64,000 nucleotides of DNA from the IMG/VR virus record IMGVR_UViG_3300029892_000002; one strand, 5' to 3'. The translations under genes and the position numbers were made by a program. Source of the stretch: a virus. A model generated the notes under the pieces. That model searched no databases, was not told the DNA's origin, and was given only the letters and a program-made list of their open reading frames with translations. Below, in pieces: positions 17,304 to 27,600 of this stretch; the first letter of the stretch is position 1, and each line of letters begins with the position of its first letter.

Positions 17304-18708
17304 CTTTATGTCCAGCTAGGTCGCTACTCTAGCCCGGTGTGCTAAGACACCCGCATAGGCTTTCACCCATGAACAGACTATATCTTCATCCATGAAGGAC
17401 GGCTCCCATTTCGGCCTCGCTTGAGACCTACAGGTTGATAACTCCTTAGTCGTTGAACGTTACGCATATCTCGTCATCTCGACGATACTTAGCGTCTTCG
17501 CTGCTGATTACCCATATATCCATACACTTATTAAGCCGTGGCTTCACCTTTCGGTTAGCAGTGGCAGTATGGCTTTAGGACGTCCCAGCAATTAGAGAGC
17601 ATTTCATCTAGATATTACTACCTAGAGAGACCATTAAACTTATTAGAATGGATAATAACCATAACGACAACCATCCCTAAAAACTTTTTTACCATTAGAC
17701 GATAATCGATAGTTTAGAGCAGTTGGACTTAACCCGTGAGATCTTGAACATTCTATTGCTGATGTATAGATCTTTCTCTCACCAGTATTCTCATTAACCA
17801 CCTGTACAACTCTATATAATCCAGATGAAGCGAGTTCCTTGTATGGATCTTTAACTTCTCTCCATTGTACTGGATCTAATGCCCATTGTAGTTGTATAAG
17901 AGGAAAAAACACCGGTTGATTTGGTTCATTAATCCACGTGCTAAGAGTTGCAATAGATAGACCGAGATGTTCAGCAGTTTCTTTGAGCGTAGGTATGAAA
18001 AAAACATCGTTTGTTTTTAAATTCTTGAGAAGAACTGGTTTATTTAAACCATTTTTCATTAGTTCTTTCTCAATATCAATAGGAACAGGCCATGGTTTAT
18101 TAGACCTAAAACGATATTGTTTTCTATCTGGAAATACTCTACTTTCACCCTGATGTACTCTGTAATTTACAGCATCTTTAGAGATACCGTAAACCTTAGC
18201 ACATTCTGCTATACTCGGAAATTCCTCTACAACCCCACTATCAACATTTCTAACAGATATAGGAAGACATTTATTCGTTAAACCAAGATTACCAGCATGA
18301 TGGATATTTCCAGTATGGGTGGTCCATTCCAAATTATCCAATTCATCATTTCCTTTTATTCCGTCTATGTGATTGACTACAAGCTTATTTAGATCAGAAC
18401 CAGGATGCTTGAATACAATGCAGAGTAACCTATGTCTTCCTTGAAGAGTTTTTTTACCACTGTCACTAAACATAGAGTAATGGTAATAACCAGATTCGCC
18501 ATTTTCTGTTTTTATGAGTGGTTTTAACTCTCCTGAACCATCCTTTTTAATTACAGAACCTTCTTTTGAAATTCCATACATAGAGAACCCAGGAATTTCA
18601 AAATAACCTGGATGGTTTTTAATTTCTTTGGGATGATAATTATCCATACGACCCTTTCTTTTTGAATCTATATAATAAAAGGTCGTCAATATAAAATAAG
18701 TTTATTTA
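17304..18708 (-). mobile_element. Group I intron (1405 nt) carrying an HNH gene
   Basis: Core P AATTGCTGGGA, Q AATCAGCAGC, R GTTCAACGACTAAG, S AAGATATAGTCTG. The 5' exon ends in U (GAT GAT) and the intron ends in G (..CATAAAG|CCA). Confidence 0.92.
17643..18689 (-). CDS. Intron-encoded NUMOD4/HNH homing endonuclease
   Basis: EIPGFSMYGISKEG (NUMOD4-like); HRLLCIVF..VNHIDGIKGNDELDNLEWTT..GNIHHA (HNH); three F.S..ECA..G.S...NYR-like DNA-binding repeats. The start may be ATG 18647. Confidence 0.9.
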   Translation of the reverse strand: MTTFYYIDSKRKGRMDNYHPKEIKNHPGYFEIPGFSMYGISKEGSVIKKDGSGELKPLIKTENGESGYYHYSMFSDSGKKTLQGRHRLLCIVFKHPGSDLNKLVVNHIDGIKGNDELDNLEWTTHTGNIHHAGNLGLTNKCLPISVRNVDSGVVEEFPSIAECAKVYGISKDAVNYRVHQGESRVFPDRKQYRFRSNKPWPVPIDIEKELMKNGLNKPVLLKNLKTNDVFFIPTLKETAEHLGLSIATLSTWINEPNQPVFFPLIQLQWALDPVQWREVKDPYKELASSGLYRVVQVVNENTGERKIYTSAIECSRSHGLSPTALNYRLSSNGKKVFRDGCRYGYYPF

Positions 18709-21700
18709 ATCATCATTAAGAGAGAATGGAGCCAATAAAGCTGATGTCGATAACAGTGAAGTAGCACCATCTTTATCTCTATTAAACCCATCTTCCTGTA
18801 TGATACCACGTACTGATTTGAACTTAGGATTACCTGACATGAAAGCATTGATACCAACATCACCACTATCTACGGTAGCTTCGGATATCACACCCATGTC
18901 TGATGGATGATATTCACGGCTTTCTTTTGACATGGCGTCTTTTGAACGACCATCGGCACCGACATACGTAACAGCTTCAGTTTCCTTAGCATCATTGATA
19001 GGATTGATGTCTTCAGAAAGCTTAACTGTTTGGTCTTGAGTGATAGCACGCCATACTGCATATGGATTGATGGATACTTGTGATTTACCACGGATGTTGC
19101 GTGCTTTGTATTCACGCACTCCATTGATAAGTTCTCTGTACATTAACCCAGCTACACGTTCATAGCCTCTGATGCGCATATAGCGCATGTCATTAGTATC
19201 TGGATGATAGTCAGTCAATAGAAGTTCATTGGATCGCATCAACAAGCCTTGGAATGTTACAGGTTCATTCATCTCACGTAAGATGGATTCAGTGATTGGA
19301 TCAATAAACAATTCGTTAAGGGTTTCCAGTTCTTTAAGATACCTAGCTGACAACCCACGCTGTTCCAGAAGAAGTAGATAAACATCCTTCTTATCAAAGA
19401 TAGCCAGATCGTAGTTCTTGATGGTATCTTTGTAGAAGTTATACCCAGATAGTAATAAAGCAGATTTACTATCGCGTTTATCTAGAATCAGGTATTTGTC
19501 CTTGAATGTTAGCTTGTATTCATAGGGCTGAAGTTGACGACGGCTACCTCTATCAACAACTTGAACTTTAGCTCCTAGTAATTTAACCAACTTACTAAAC
19601 CCAATGTAATATCCCATAACAACTCCAAGCGGGATGGATTTAGCAAATACTTTCAACTCACTAAAGGAGACAGGGGAAGACTCCTCTGCTATACCAGTGA
19701 GGTTGTAGATATTACCAATAGGAGTAAGTGTTCCATTCCTAAGAACATGAAACACATTCATGTCATCTACAACGATCGGTTCGTTTTGTTTGCTCTTACC
19801 ACAGAGTATCTTGCCATCTTTCTCAAGAGTAGTTATATCCATCTCTGGAAACATGGAGATACGTTCTTTGTGATCGAACATCAACGTGCAATCTTTAAGA
19901 ACAAGCTGTTTGAATCTCATAGACATACTGCTATAGATCCGTGGAGCAATGAATTTGTTATCAAAGATACGTGCTGGAGTTATTTTCTTAATCGTATCAT
20001 TACCACCAGCTAAACCAATTTGCATGATCTGGTTAGACAACCAATCCATGTCATCAAACTGTTTACGTTCGCATCTATTAACAAACACCTTACCATAGTA
20101 ACTAGATAGAGCTACAGAGATAGGAGATATCTTCCGTATAGGCTGGTCAAAACGCTGATTTCTCATACGTAAACGAACATTACCAGCCATGAACTCACCT
20201 TCATCATTCACTTTGGGTATTCTGAAATGAAGAGTGGATTCAACTCCATCGATAGGACGAATCTTAACTGTATGGTGTTCATACTGACCCATAGCTGAAG
20301 ACTCTTCCTCGATCTGGTAATCACGTACTATGATGCCAGCGTTAGAAAGATGAGCTATATTGGCCTGAACATCCTTAGGAAGAACATCTTTGACATATTT
20401 TCTGCTAAACTCTTTGAGGCTACTATTCAACATGGACTTGTCCATTACAGTCGACATGTCTTGTATTTTGGTAGCCTCTGGATCTATAATGATATCTTCC
20501 TCAGATACCTTGACATATTCAGATATAGTCTTACTAGGATCTTTAGGAGACTTAAGTGTCTTAGACTGTTCTATCTGCTTAACAAGCGTTCGATAGTTCT
20601 GTGCAGTTATCACACCTTGTTCAGCTTGTTTGTTTATCTCACTGAGCAGTTTCTCGGTAGGATCTACTTTACCGAATACCTGTGATTGTAATTGAGAAAC
20701 CTCCTCTGGAGTAGCTATGAAAGTTTCATCTGTAACATCTTCATTATTGCTTTCATCCTCAGGAGCAGATGAGACCTTCTCAAGAATCTCTAATTCCTCA
20801 TCTACACTCTTGATCAGATCATCGATGTTTATAGCACTACTAACTGGAGCTGCATCTTTCTCCAGTTGTTTTTCTATTTCTTTTGAGGTCCTGACCTTAG
20901 TTAACTGCTTACTAGGATCTATAGCCTCATCCTGAGTTTGAGATGGTGATTCAGTATCATTATTTACCTGTACATGTTCTGATGTATCGTCTTTATCATC
21001 ATAGTCAGCTAGGTCATCCTCCTGTTCTGAATCACTACTTCCATTGGTAGTTTCATCAGTAGTTGGTTCAGGCATGATAGCAGACGTTTGAAGACTCAAC
21101 AACATCTTCAGAACAAATCGCTGGAGTTGGATCGGTTTAAGCTGAGGGATGTTTACAGGAGTGGATTTATCACTGATGCCGGCATTCCAATCCTCGATCC
21201 GTTGCAGATTAACAACAGTAAACCTATCCTTAAACCTAAGAACGATATTGATGTATTTGAGCTCTTCTGGTTTCAATACAGATAGAGTTGAGAACTCCCT
21301 AGTCTCTGGATCTAACCATCTCCAGAGATCCAGAACAAACAATAGTTCTGGATTGATGAATGTTCTCAATACACGCAAAGATACTTGACTAGCGAACATC
21401 TTCAACATACCAACCGACGGTAGTTGGTCAGGAAGGTCCTTGATAATAAACTGCTGTCTATGAGTAGAGGATGCTACTTTACCCATGTTTGACCAAACAG
21501 TCTTTTCAAGGTTTAACCAGTCGTAATATTCATTCATCGGCATATTTACATACCGATAGACTTCATGCAATAGACCGTAGTTATATGTAATCAACGACAG
21601 TGCATCTATCGCTACTTTATCTGGTTCATCAGCCCATCTGAACTTACGGTTGTTCTTCAGTTGCCAATCCCTGAATAACATCTTAACTGGTTTACTAAGA

Positions 21701-21945
21701 TGCTTAGGATTACCTTCCGTACTAACCAGCTCACTTACATGAGAGATAACTATCTTCTTGGTGTATGGAGCAAAGATCCTGTCACTAGGATCAGGCATAG
21801 TTACATCTCTATCATGACTAACAGTATGATAGACACTTGACCTTGGTAACTGAATGATTTCTGTAGAAAACGTTGGCGGGTTGATCAACTGCGTAATCTT
21901 CCTAACACCAAATCGCTTATAGTAAATTTCGTTCTGAAGTAGCAC
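18709..21945 (-). CDS. rpoB: Virion RNA polymerase beta subunit N-part (phiKZ gp178-like), exon 1
   Basis: MLLQNEIYYKRFGVRK..., acidic linker, QRFDQPIRKISP..VALSSYYGK, RIRGYER, SEATVDSGDVG. Spliced product is 1451 aa. Confidence 0.9.
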
Positions 21946-21988
21946 ATCGCTCTCCTTTTAATAGCCAAGTGATTTCCCAACTATGAGC

Positions 21989-22031
21989 AAAAAAAAAATA
22001 CTCAACCCACAAGACTAGGGTGGGTTGAGTA
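21989..22031 (-). terminator. Intrinsic terminator closing the repeat-protein cassette
   Basis: 12-bp stem TACTCAACCCAC/GTGGGTTGAGTA followed by T10 on the minus strand. Confidence 0.8.
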
Positions 22032-22038
22032 TATATGG

Positions 22039-22575
22039 TCATTGGAACAAGTGGAGGCATTCATCCATGACATACTGGAGAGCATGTTCGTTCTGCTTGA
22101 CAGCAGCCATACATAGCTCAGGGGTCTGCTTCCTGACATACTGGAGAGCACATCCGTTCTGCTGGACAGCAGCCATACAGACCCCAGGGGCCTGTTCCTT
22201 GACAAATCGGAGAGCATCTCCGTCCTGTTGGACAGCAGCCATGCAGATCTCAGGGCTCTGCTTCCTGACATACACGATAGCGTATTCGTTCTGCTTGACA
22301 GCAGCCATGCAAAGCTCAGGGGCCTGTTCCTTGACAAATCGGAGAGCATCTCCGTCCTGTTGGACAGCAGCCATGCAGATCTCGGGTGTCTGCTCCCTGA
22401 CATGCATGAGAGCACATCCGTTCTGTTGGACAGCAACCATGCAGAGCTCAGGGGTTTGATCCATGACATACTGGAGAGCAAATCCGTCCTGTTGGACAGC
22501 AGCCAAGACCTGCTGCTCATCCATCCCATAGAGCGGGTTATGCTTGTTAGTGATAGGTGTGTAGCTCATCTTCAT
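22039..22575 (-). CDS. DUF4116-like tandem-repeat protein
   Basis: About seven 22-aa repeats of AAV(Q/K)Q(D/N)G.AL.(Y/F)V.EQ.PE(L/I)CM; 66-nt DNA periodicity. Confidence 0.85.
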   Translation of the reverse strand: MKMSYTPITNKHNPLYGMDEQQVLAAVQQDGFALQYVMDQTPELCMVAVQQNGCALMHVREQTPEICMAAVQQDGDALRFVKEQAPELCMAAVKQNEYAIVYVRKQSPEICMAAVQQDGDALRFVKEQAPGVCMAAVQQNGCALQYVRKQTPELCMAAVKQNEHALQYVMDECLHLFQ

Positions 22576-22620
22576 CTCCTTCGTAGCCTAACCTCCCCAT
22601 CGATATGATGAAGACTAGCT

Positions 22621-22664
22621 GGCTATCGTCGAGTAATAGATATGTGACTATAGAAAAATCAGAT
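22621..22664 (-). promoter_or_regulatory. Putative phage early promoter (copy 6)
   Basis: Plus strand GGCTATCGTCGAGTAATAGATATGTGACTATAGAAAAATCAGAT. Confidence 0.6.
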
Positions 22665-22713
22665 AAGAACACCATACCTACCAAGCCATGTATAGGCCCG
22701 GTAGGTATGGATG

Positions 22714-22905
22714 TTAGATGTATTCACATATTTCATCTACAAGACCTTCAAATGTATAACTAGAGAAGATCTTGCCAGTGCGATGGAAAGCTAAGAATTG
22801 GAATTTATCGCCGTCATACTTGCATGCTGATACCATGAAATCACCACCCCTGGTTCTCAGGATGTTGTCCCCAGCATTGTGCATATTAAGTACAAATTCC
22901 TTCAT
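22714..22905 (-). CDS. Small hypothetical protein
   Basis: 63-aa ORF followed by a hairpin (22672-22710). Confidence 0.5.
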   Translation of the reverse strand: MKEFVLNMHNAGDNILRTRGGDFMVSACKYDGDKFQFLAFHRTGKIFSSYTFEGLVDEICEYI

Positions 22906-22974
22906 TACCTTGGCAACACGCTCACCCTCATTGGTTTACTGGATTGAAAGAAATCAAACATCATTCACTACCAA

Positions 22975-24600
22975 TTAGCGAGTCATATATCCAAGAGTCA
23001 TTTTAATAGTATCTGTCTCAGCCGAGAAATACATCTTACCATTAGGATCGACATAATACCCAACTGAATTCAATTTATCCTCAACCTCTTGCCTGGCTTC
23101 ATCTGTAATAACAGCTGTCCATGAACAGACATCACCGTCATAATCGGCCGTTAATCTCGCAATGTGGCTCTGATGACATGCGAGAGTATCGAAGAATGGT
23201 TGATTACGCATAGGAAACTCTATAGCAACTATACCGGTTTTTTCCCAGTTATCATCCAGTTCTTCTCTAGCTTCATAAGGCTCAGTGGACTTGAGATGAG
23301 TATATGAAGGATAAACGCTACCATATCCGGCTATCGGGTAACGAGTGAAAAATCCAGGTATTTTGTTGGCTTCTTTGAATACCGAAATGTAGAGTAACTC
23401 AGCAAACGTGATTGGTGAGACATATTGTTTATATGACTCATCAGGAACATCATCGATGTCCTGTAAGAATCTAAAGGTCATATCTGGTCCTTTATAAATA
23501 AGACCGAGATAGTGTTTATCAACCATGAGTTCTACATGACGCAGATCACGCTCACCAAACCTATTCAGTACATTAGTTATGCCTTCGATAGACATCCACT
23601 CATCGTAATGATCGGGACTAACTTGAACCGGTTCTTTTTTGAGTGTCTTTGGATTAATCAATATAGCTGGAGTATTTGGTCCTGGGAACACTTTAGAAAG
23701 ATACGACTCACGAAGCTGATATACAGACAACGGAATGATAGCTTTAACATGTTGGAATAAACCAACGGCTGTTTCATTGAACTTCAGCGTAGAAGGATCA
23801 TCAGCATGACTAGCTTTGTTATTGACAGTTGAGATGACATTACGCGTACTGTTAAAAATACGCCTTGCTGTCCATTTACCAGTGATAAATTTACTCTTAC
23901 CTTCTAATAGACTTCTGAAGTAGTTGTAAAGATCCACCAATGCCATCTGGATGTTATGCCTGGTGCTATCTACAGACTCTGGATCAAGTTTATAGAGATC
24001 CATGGAGATCAGGTTAGACATACCCAGGATCTTTCGATAGATGGTATTGACTTCACCTTCTTCTGGTTTACCATTTTCATCGATCTCATAATCCCTAAGA
24101 CCTGCTGGTAATACCAAGACATATCTCATCAAGGCTCGATCTTTGTATTTCTCAACTAGCCTGATATTGAACTGTCTCTTAGGACTGGGACGTTCTTCGT
24201 GCTTAATGTCTTTCCAATGCTTGATGAAGAAAGACATACCAGTCTTACCGTTGATAGGGTCAGAAGGTTCAAAGTCCTTGATATCGTCATTCCAGATAGC
24301 GTACTTCTTCTGACCCATGATATCACTGTAGAACTCTCGAAGATCAGTCAGAGCTTTATAGATAAGTGGATGGAAAAGTTCAACACGAGCATCTATGTAA
24401 GCAAACCTACGATTTCTATGCTCGGTACCTACTTTACCGAATATCTCTGTACTAAAAAGACCTTCGCTATGGAATTGTTTACTACTGGGCAAGAAGATAT
24501 CCAGAGAAGTTATCGGTGATAATGTCTTTAGATCTTCCTGACGTAGGTTTAATAGATCTATGTTAAACGGTATGTTATTGAGTTTCAAAACAACCTCCAT
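22975..24600 (-). CDS. rpoC: Virion RNA polymerase beta' subunit catalytic part (phiKZ gp180-like)
   Basis: EGLFSTEIFG, VLPAGLRD, RYPI, catalytic ADYDGD motif. Confidence 0.92.
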   Translation of the reverse strand: MEVVLKLNNIPFNIDLLNLRQEDLKTLSPITSLDIFLPSSKQFHSEGLFSTEIFGKVGTEHRNRRFAYIDARVELFHPLIYKALTDLREFYSDIMGQKKYAIWNDDIKDFEPSDPINGKTGMSFFIKHWKDIKHEERPSPKRQFNIRLVEKYKDRALMRYVLVLPAGLRDYEIDENGKPEEGEVNTIYRKILGMSNLISMDLYKLDPESVDSTRHNIQMALVDLYNYFRSLLEGKSKFITGKWTARRIFNSTRNVISTVNNKASHADDPSTLKFNETAVGLFQHVKAIIPLSVYQLRESYLSKVFPGPNTPAILINPKTLKKEPVQVSPDHYDEWMSIEGITNVLNRFGERDLRHVELMVDKHYLGLIYKGPDMTFRFLQDIDDVPDESYKQYVSPITFAELLYISVFKEANKIPGFFTRYPIAGYGSVYPSYTHLKSTEPYEAREELDDNWEKTGIVAIEFPMRNQPFFDTLACHQSHIARLTADYDGDVCSWTAVITDEARQEVEDKLNSVGYYVDPNGKMYFSAETDTIKMTLGYMTR

Positions 24601-24645
24601 TTTTGAGGTGAAGCGAATCCTTTGGTATCCATTAAGGAGTTGGTC

Positions 24646-27600
24646 ATGGCACTAAGAAAAGGCCCTGTTGGTCCTAAGGACAAGCAGAAGACTAAGGCTG
24701 AAGATTTTGACTTCGATTTTGATTTCGACGATGAGCTTTCTGGTATTACGGATAGTGGACTTGGTATTGAGAAAGAAGTCGAATCGAAGAAAACTAAGAG
24801 CGGTAAGCGTGAAGCTGTAACCAATGCTTTTAAAGGAGCTATCTCTGGAGCCAAAGATGCTGTATTGTCAGAGAAGAATCTTCGTACATTGGTTACGACA
24901 GCTCTTCCAGATGAATACGAAGTCATACTTGGCAAAGGCGAGGAGATAGCTACACAAGTAGCTGGAACCTATCAAACCGCTGTCAGAGAATTCAAACCAG
25001 TAGCTGGTAAGTTTGCTAAAGTCCTGGATAAGATGTCTACACAGGAAAACGCAACCTCTAAGAAAGCTGCTGCTAAAATCAGATCTATGTTTGGTGTTGA
25101 GGATCAATCAACTCGTGTGTCTGAAGCTCAGATGCAAGAGCAAGCCATCGCTACATCGATGGGTGAGATCTTCAATAAGACCATCGAAGCACAATCAGAG
25201 CTTCAAGCCAAACAACAAGCTAGGCAAGATACAAAGGCTGATCTAGATCGTCAAGTAGAACATAAGAGATTTACATCTCAATATGCGTCTATAGGTAATA
25301 TAGAAAGAAACACTGGTATCTTAGCTCAATACCAAACACAAATCACTAGCGGGTATCAGAAGAAATCTCTGGAACTCCAGTACCGTAGCTATTTTGCTAT
25401 GGCTGAGCTTCTGCAGAAATCCAGAGAACATTTTGAAACTACCAAAGTTAGCATGGAAGCTTTGGTTAAGAATACAGCTCTTCCTGAGTTTGTGAAGATG
25501 CAGAACTCCGAACGTTTCAAAGAAATGGGTCGTAATAAACTCATCGGGGCTTTGCAAGATAAGATGTTTGGTGCTGATAGCACATTAGGAAGAGGTTTCG
25601 CTGCCATCAATAAGGTTGTCAAAGCCAAGAGTCAAGAACTTGCTTCTGTGTTTATGCAGAGTCTTGAGATGGCTGAAAGCGCTAATGAAGCTATGAGCTC
25701 TATGGCTGGTAGCGGTTTTGATATGGGTCCTGAAGGTAGTAAAGAATACATGGCTGCCAGTATAGCAGCAAACATGGCTCTTCAGAATCCAGCTAATAGA
25801 GCAGCTGCTAAAGCAGGTAAATGGCTTCGTGGTAAAGTCACCAAGATCCCTGGTGTTACTGATTTTGGTAAGAAGTACTATGGATATGCCAAGAATACCC
25901 AAGGGATGGCTTATGACTGGAGTAAATCTCTAGAAGAAGGTGAACCCAGTTTCTTTAAAGACATCCTCAAATCAACACTAGATGAGTTTGCTAAAGGCAA
26001 ACATGGGGTGTCTATAGAGACACTACAGGGAACGAACAATCTTACCAACGTCGATGTTGGTTTTGATAGGCGTTTCTACACTAGTGTCACAGATGTCATT
26101 CCTGGTTACCTAGCTAGAATCTTAGTACAGACAGAAAAAACAGCTAAAGGCATAGACGGTATGTCTGGTGGTAAAGCATCCATGTCACCAGAACTACAAA
26201 GATATGACTATAAGACTGGCAAGTTCGTTAGAGAATCTGCCATGAAAGAGTCTATTAAGTCCAGGATGTCTGAAAAAGCTAAAAGCACTAACACAACATC
26301 CATCATGAATGATTTCATGAAGAAAGTTGGCCTGGATAAAAGTCTTAAACCAGATGAACAAAAAGCTTTCCAAAATGCTGTTGTTTCCTGGTTATCCATG
26401 GGCAATCCACTAACACTGAAGGCAGCTACTTCTTCTGAATTCATTAGACTTATTCCTACAGAACAGCGCAGGAAAGTTAGGCGTGTATTAGAGACTTTAA
26501 CTGAAAATGGATCTAGACCTAGTAAAGGCGATCCTAATGTCAGTATCAAATCAGCTTTTGATATAGCTGGATCAGACCTACGTAACAGTTTGCCTAACAT
26601 ACATGCTGAAGCTCAGTCTGTTTATAATGAAGGCCATGGCGATATCTTAGAGTCCTTAGGTATCAGTCAGAAGTCTGGTGATACAGGTATAGCTAGTATC
26701 AAACACCAGTCATATGCTGATTTGGTTACAAGTAAAGCTCCAGAAGAATCCAAACCAGAGAAACCATCGGGACTATCTCTGGTAGATGATACAGCTACAT
26801 CTGACGTACATAGCAAGAAAGGTATCAAACCATATATTGCTAAATCAGATATACATGCAAAAACCGGTATCAAACCAACAAGACAAGGTGAGATACTAGA
26901 TAAGCTCACAGGTATTAAGAACTATACTTGGAGTTATAAACATGGTGAAGGTAGTCCTGGTACTAAGTTTGGTCCCATGGCTCAAGATCTTCATGGTAAG
27001 TTTGGTAGCTATGCTGCACCAGGTGGTACTAAGGTAGACTTAGTGTCCATGAATGGCATCAACATGCAGGCTATCTCTGATCTCAATACCAAAGTAGACA
27101 CCATGGTTGGTACTGGTAGAACCACCACCACACTGCTTGATGTCATGCAAGCCGTAGAAGCCAACACTCTACGCACAGCAGAAGCTGTTGAAGGACTTGA
27201 TAAGAAGTTCTTCATGGGTATGAATTTCGATATGTCTGGAGCTAAAGACCAAATGGGTGTATTTGCTCAAATGGTTGGTGAAAAAGCTCAAGGTGTATAT
27301 GAATCAACCAAAGGCAAAGCTACATCAGCTTGGGATAACTTCACATCCCAGATGTCTGGAGCTAAAGATGCTCTTACCATGGGACCACGTCAACCAGGTA
27401 AAGAAACATTTGGACAGAAGATCTTAAACTTCGCACAATCACCATCACAGTCTTTAGGTGGTGCTGTTTCTAGAGTCCTAGCTGGAGTACTTGGGGCTGG
27501 TGTTAGAGCAGCAGAGAAGACTATAGATGGGGCTAAATCTGCTTATACCTTCACATCTGAAAAAGGTATCAAACCAGCTTATGAAGGTATCAAGAAGTAT

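Noticed and set aside
22039-22500. Periodic repeats that might be a CRISPR array
   Set aside because: The 66-nt period is in frame with a protein repeat, there are no unique spacers, and no cas genes are present.
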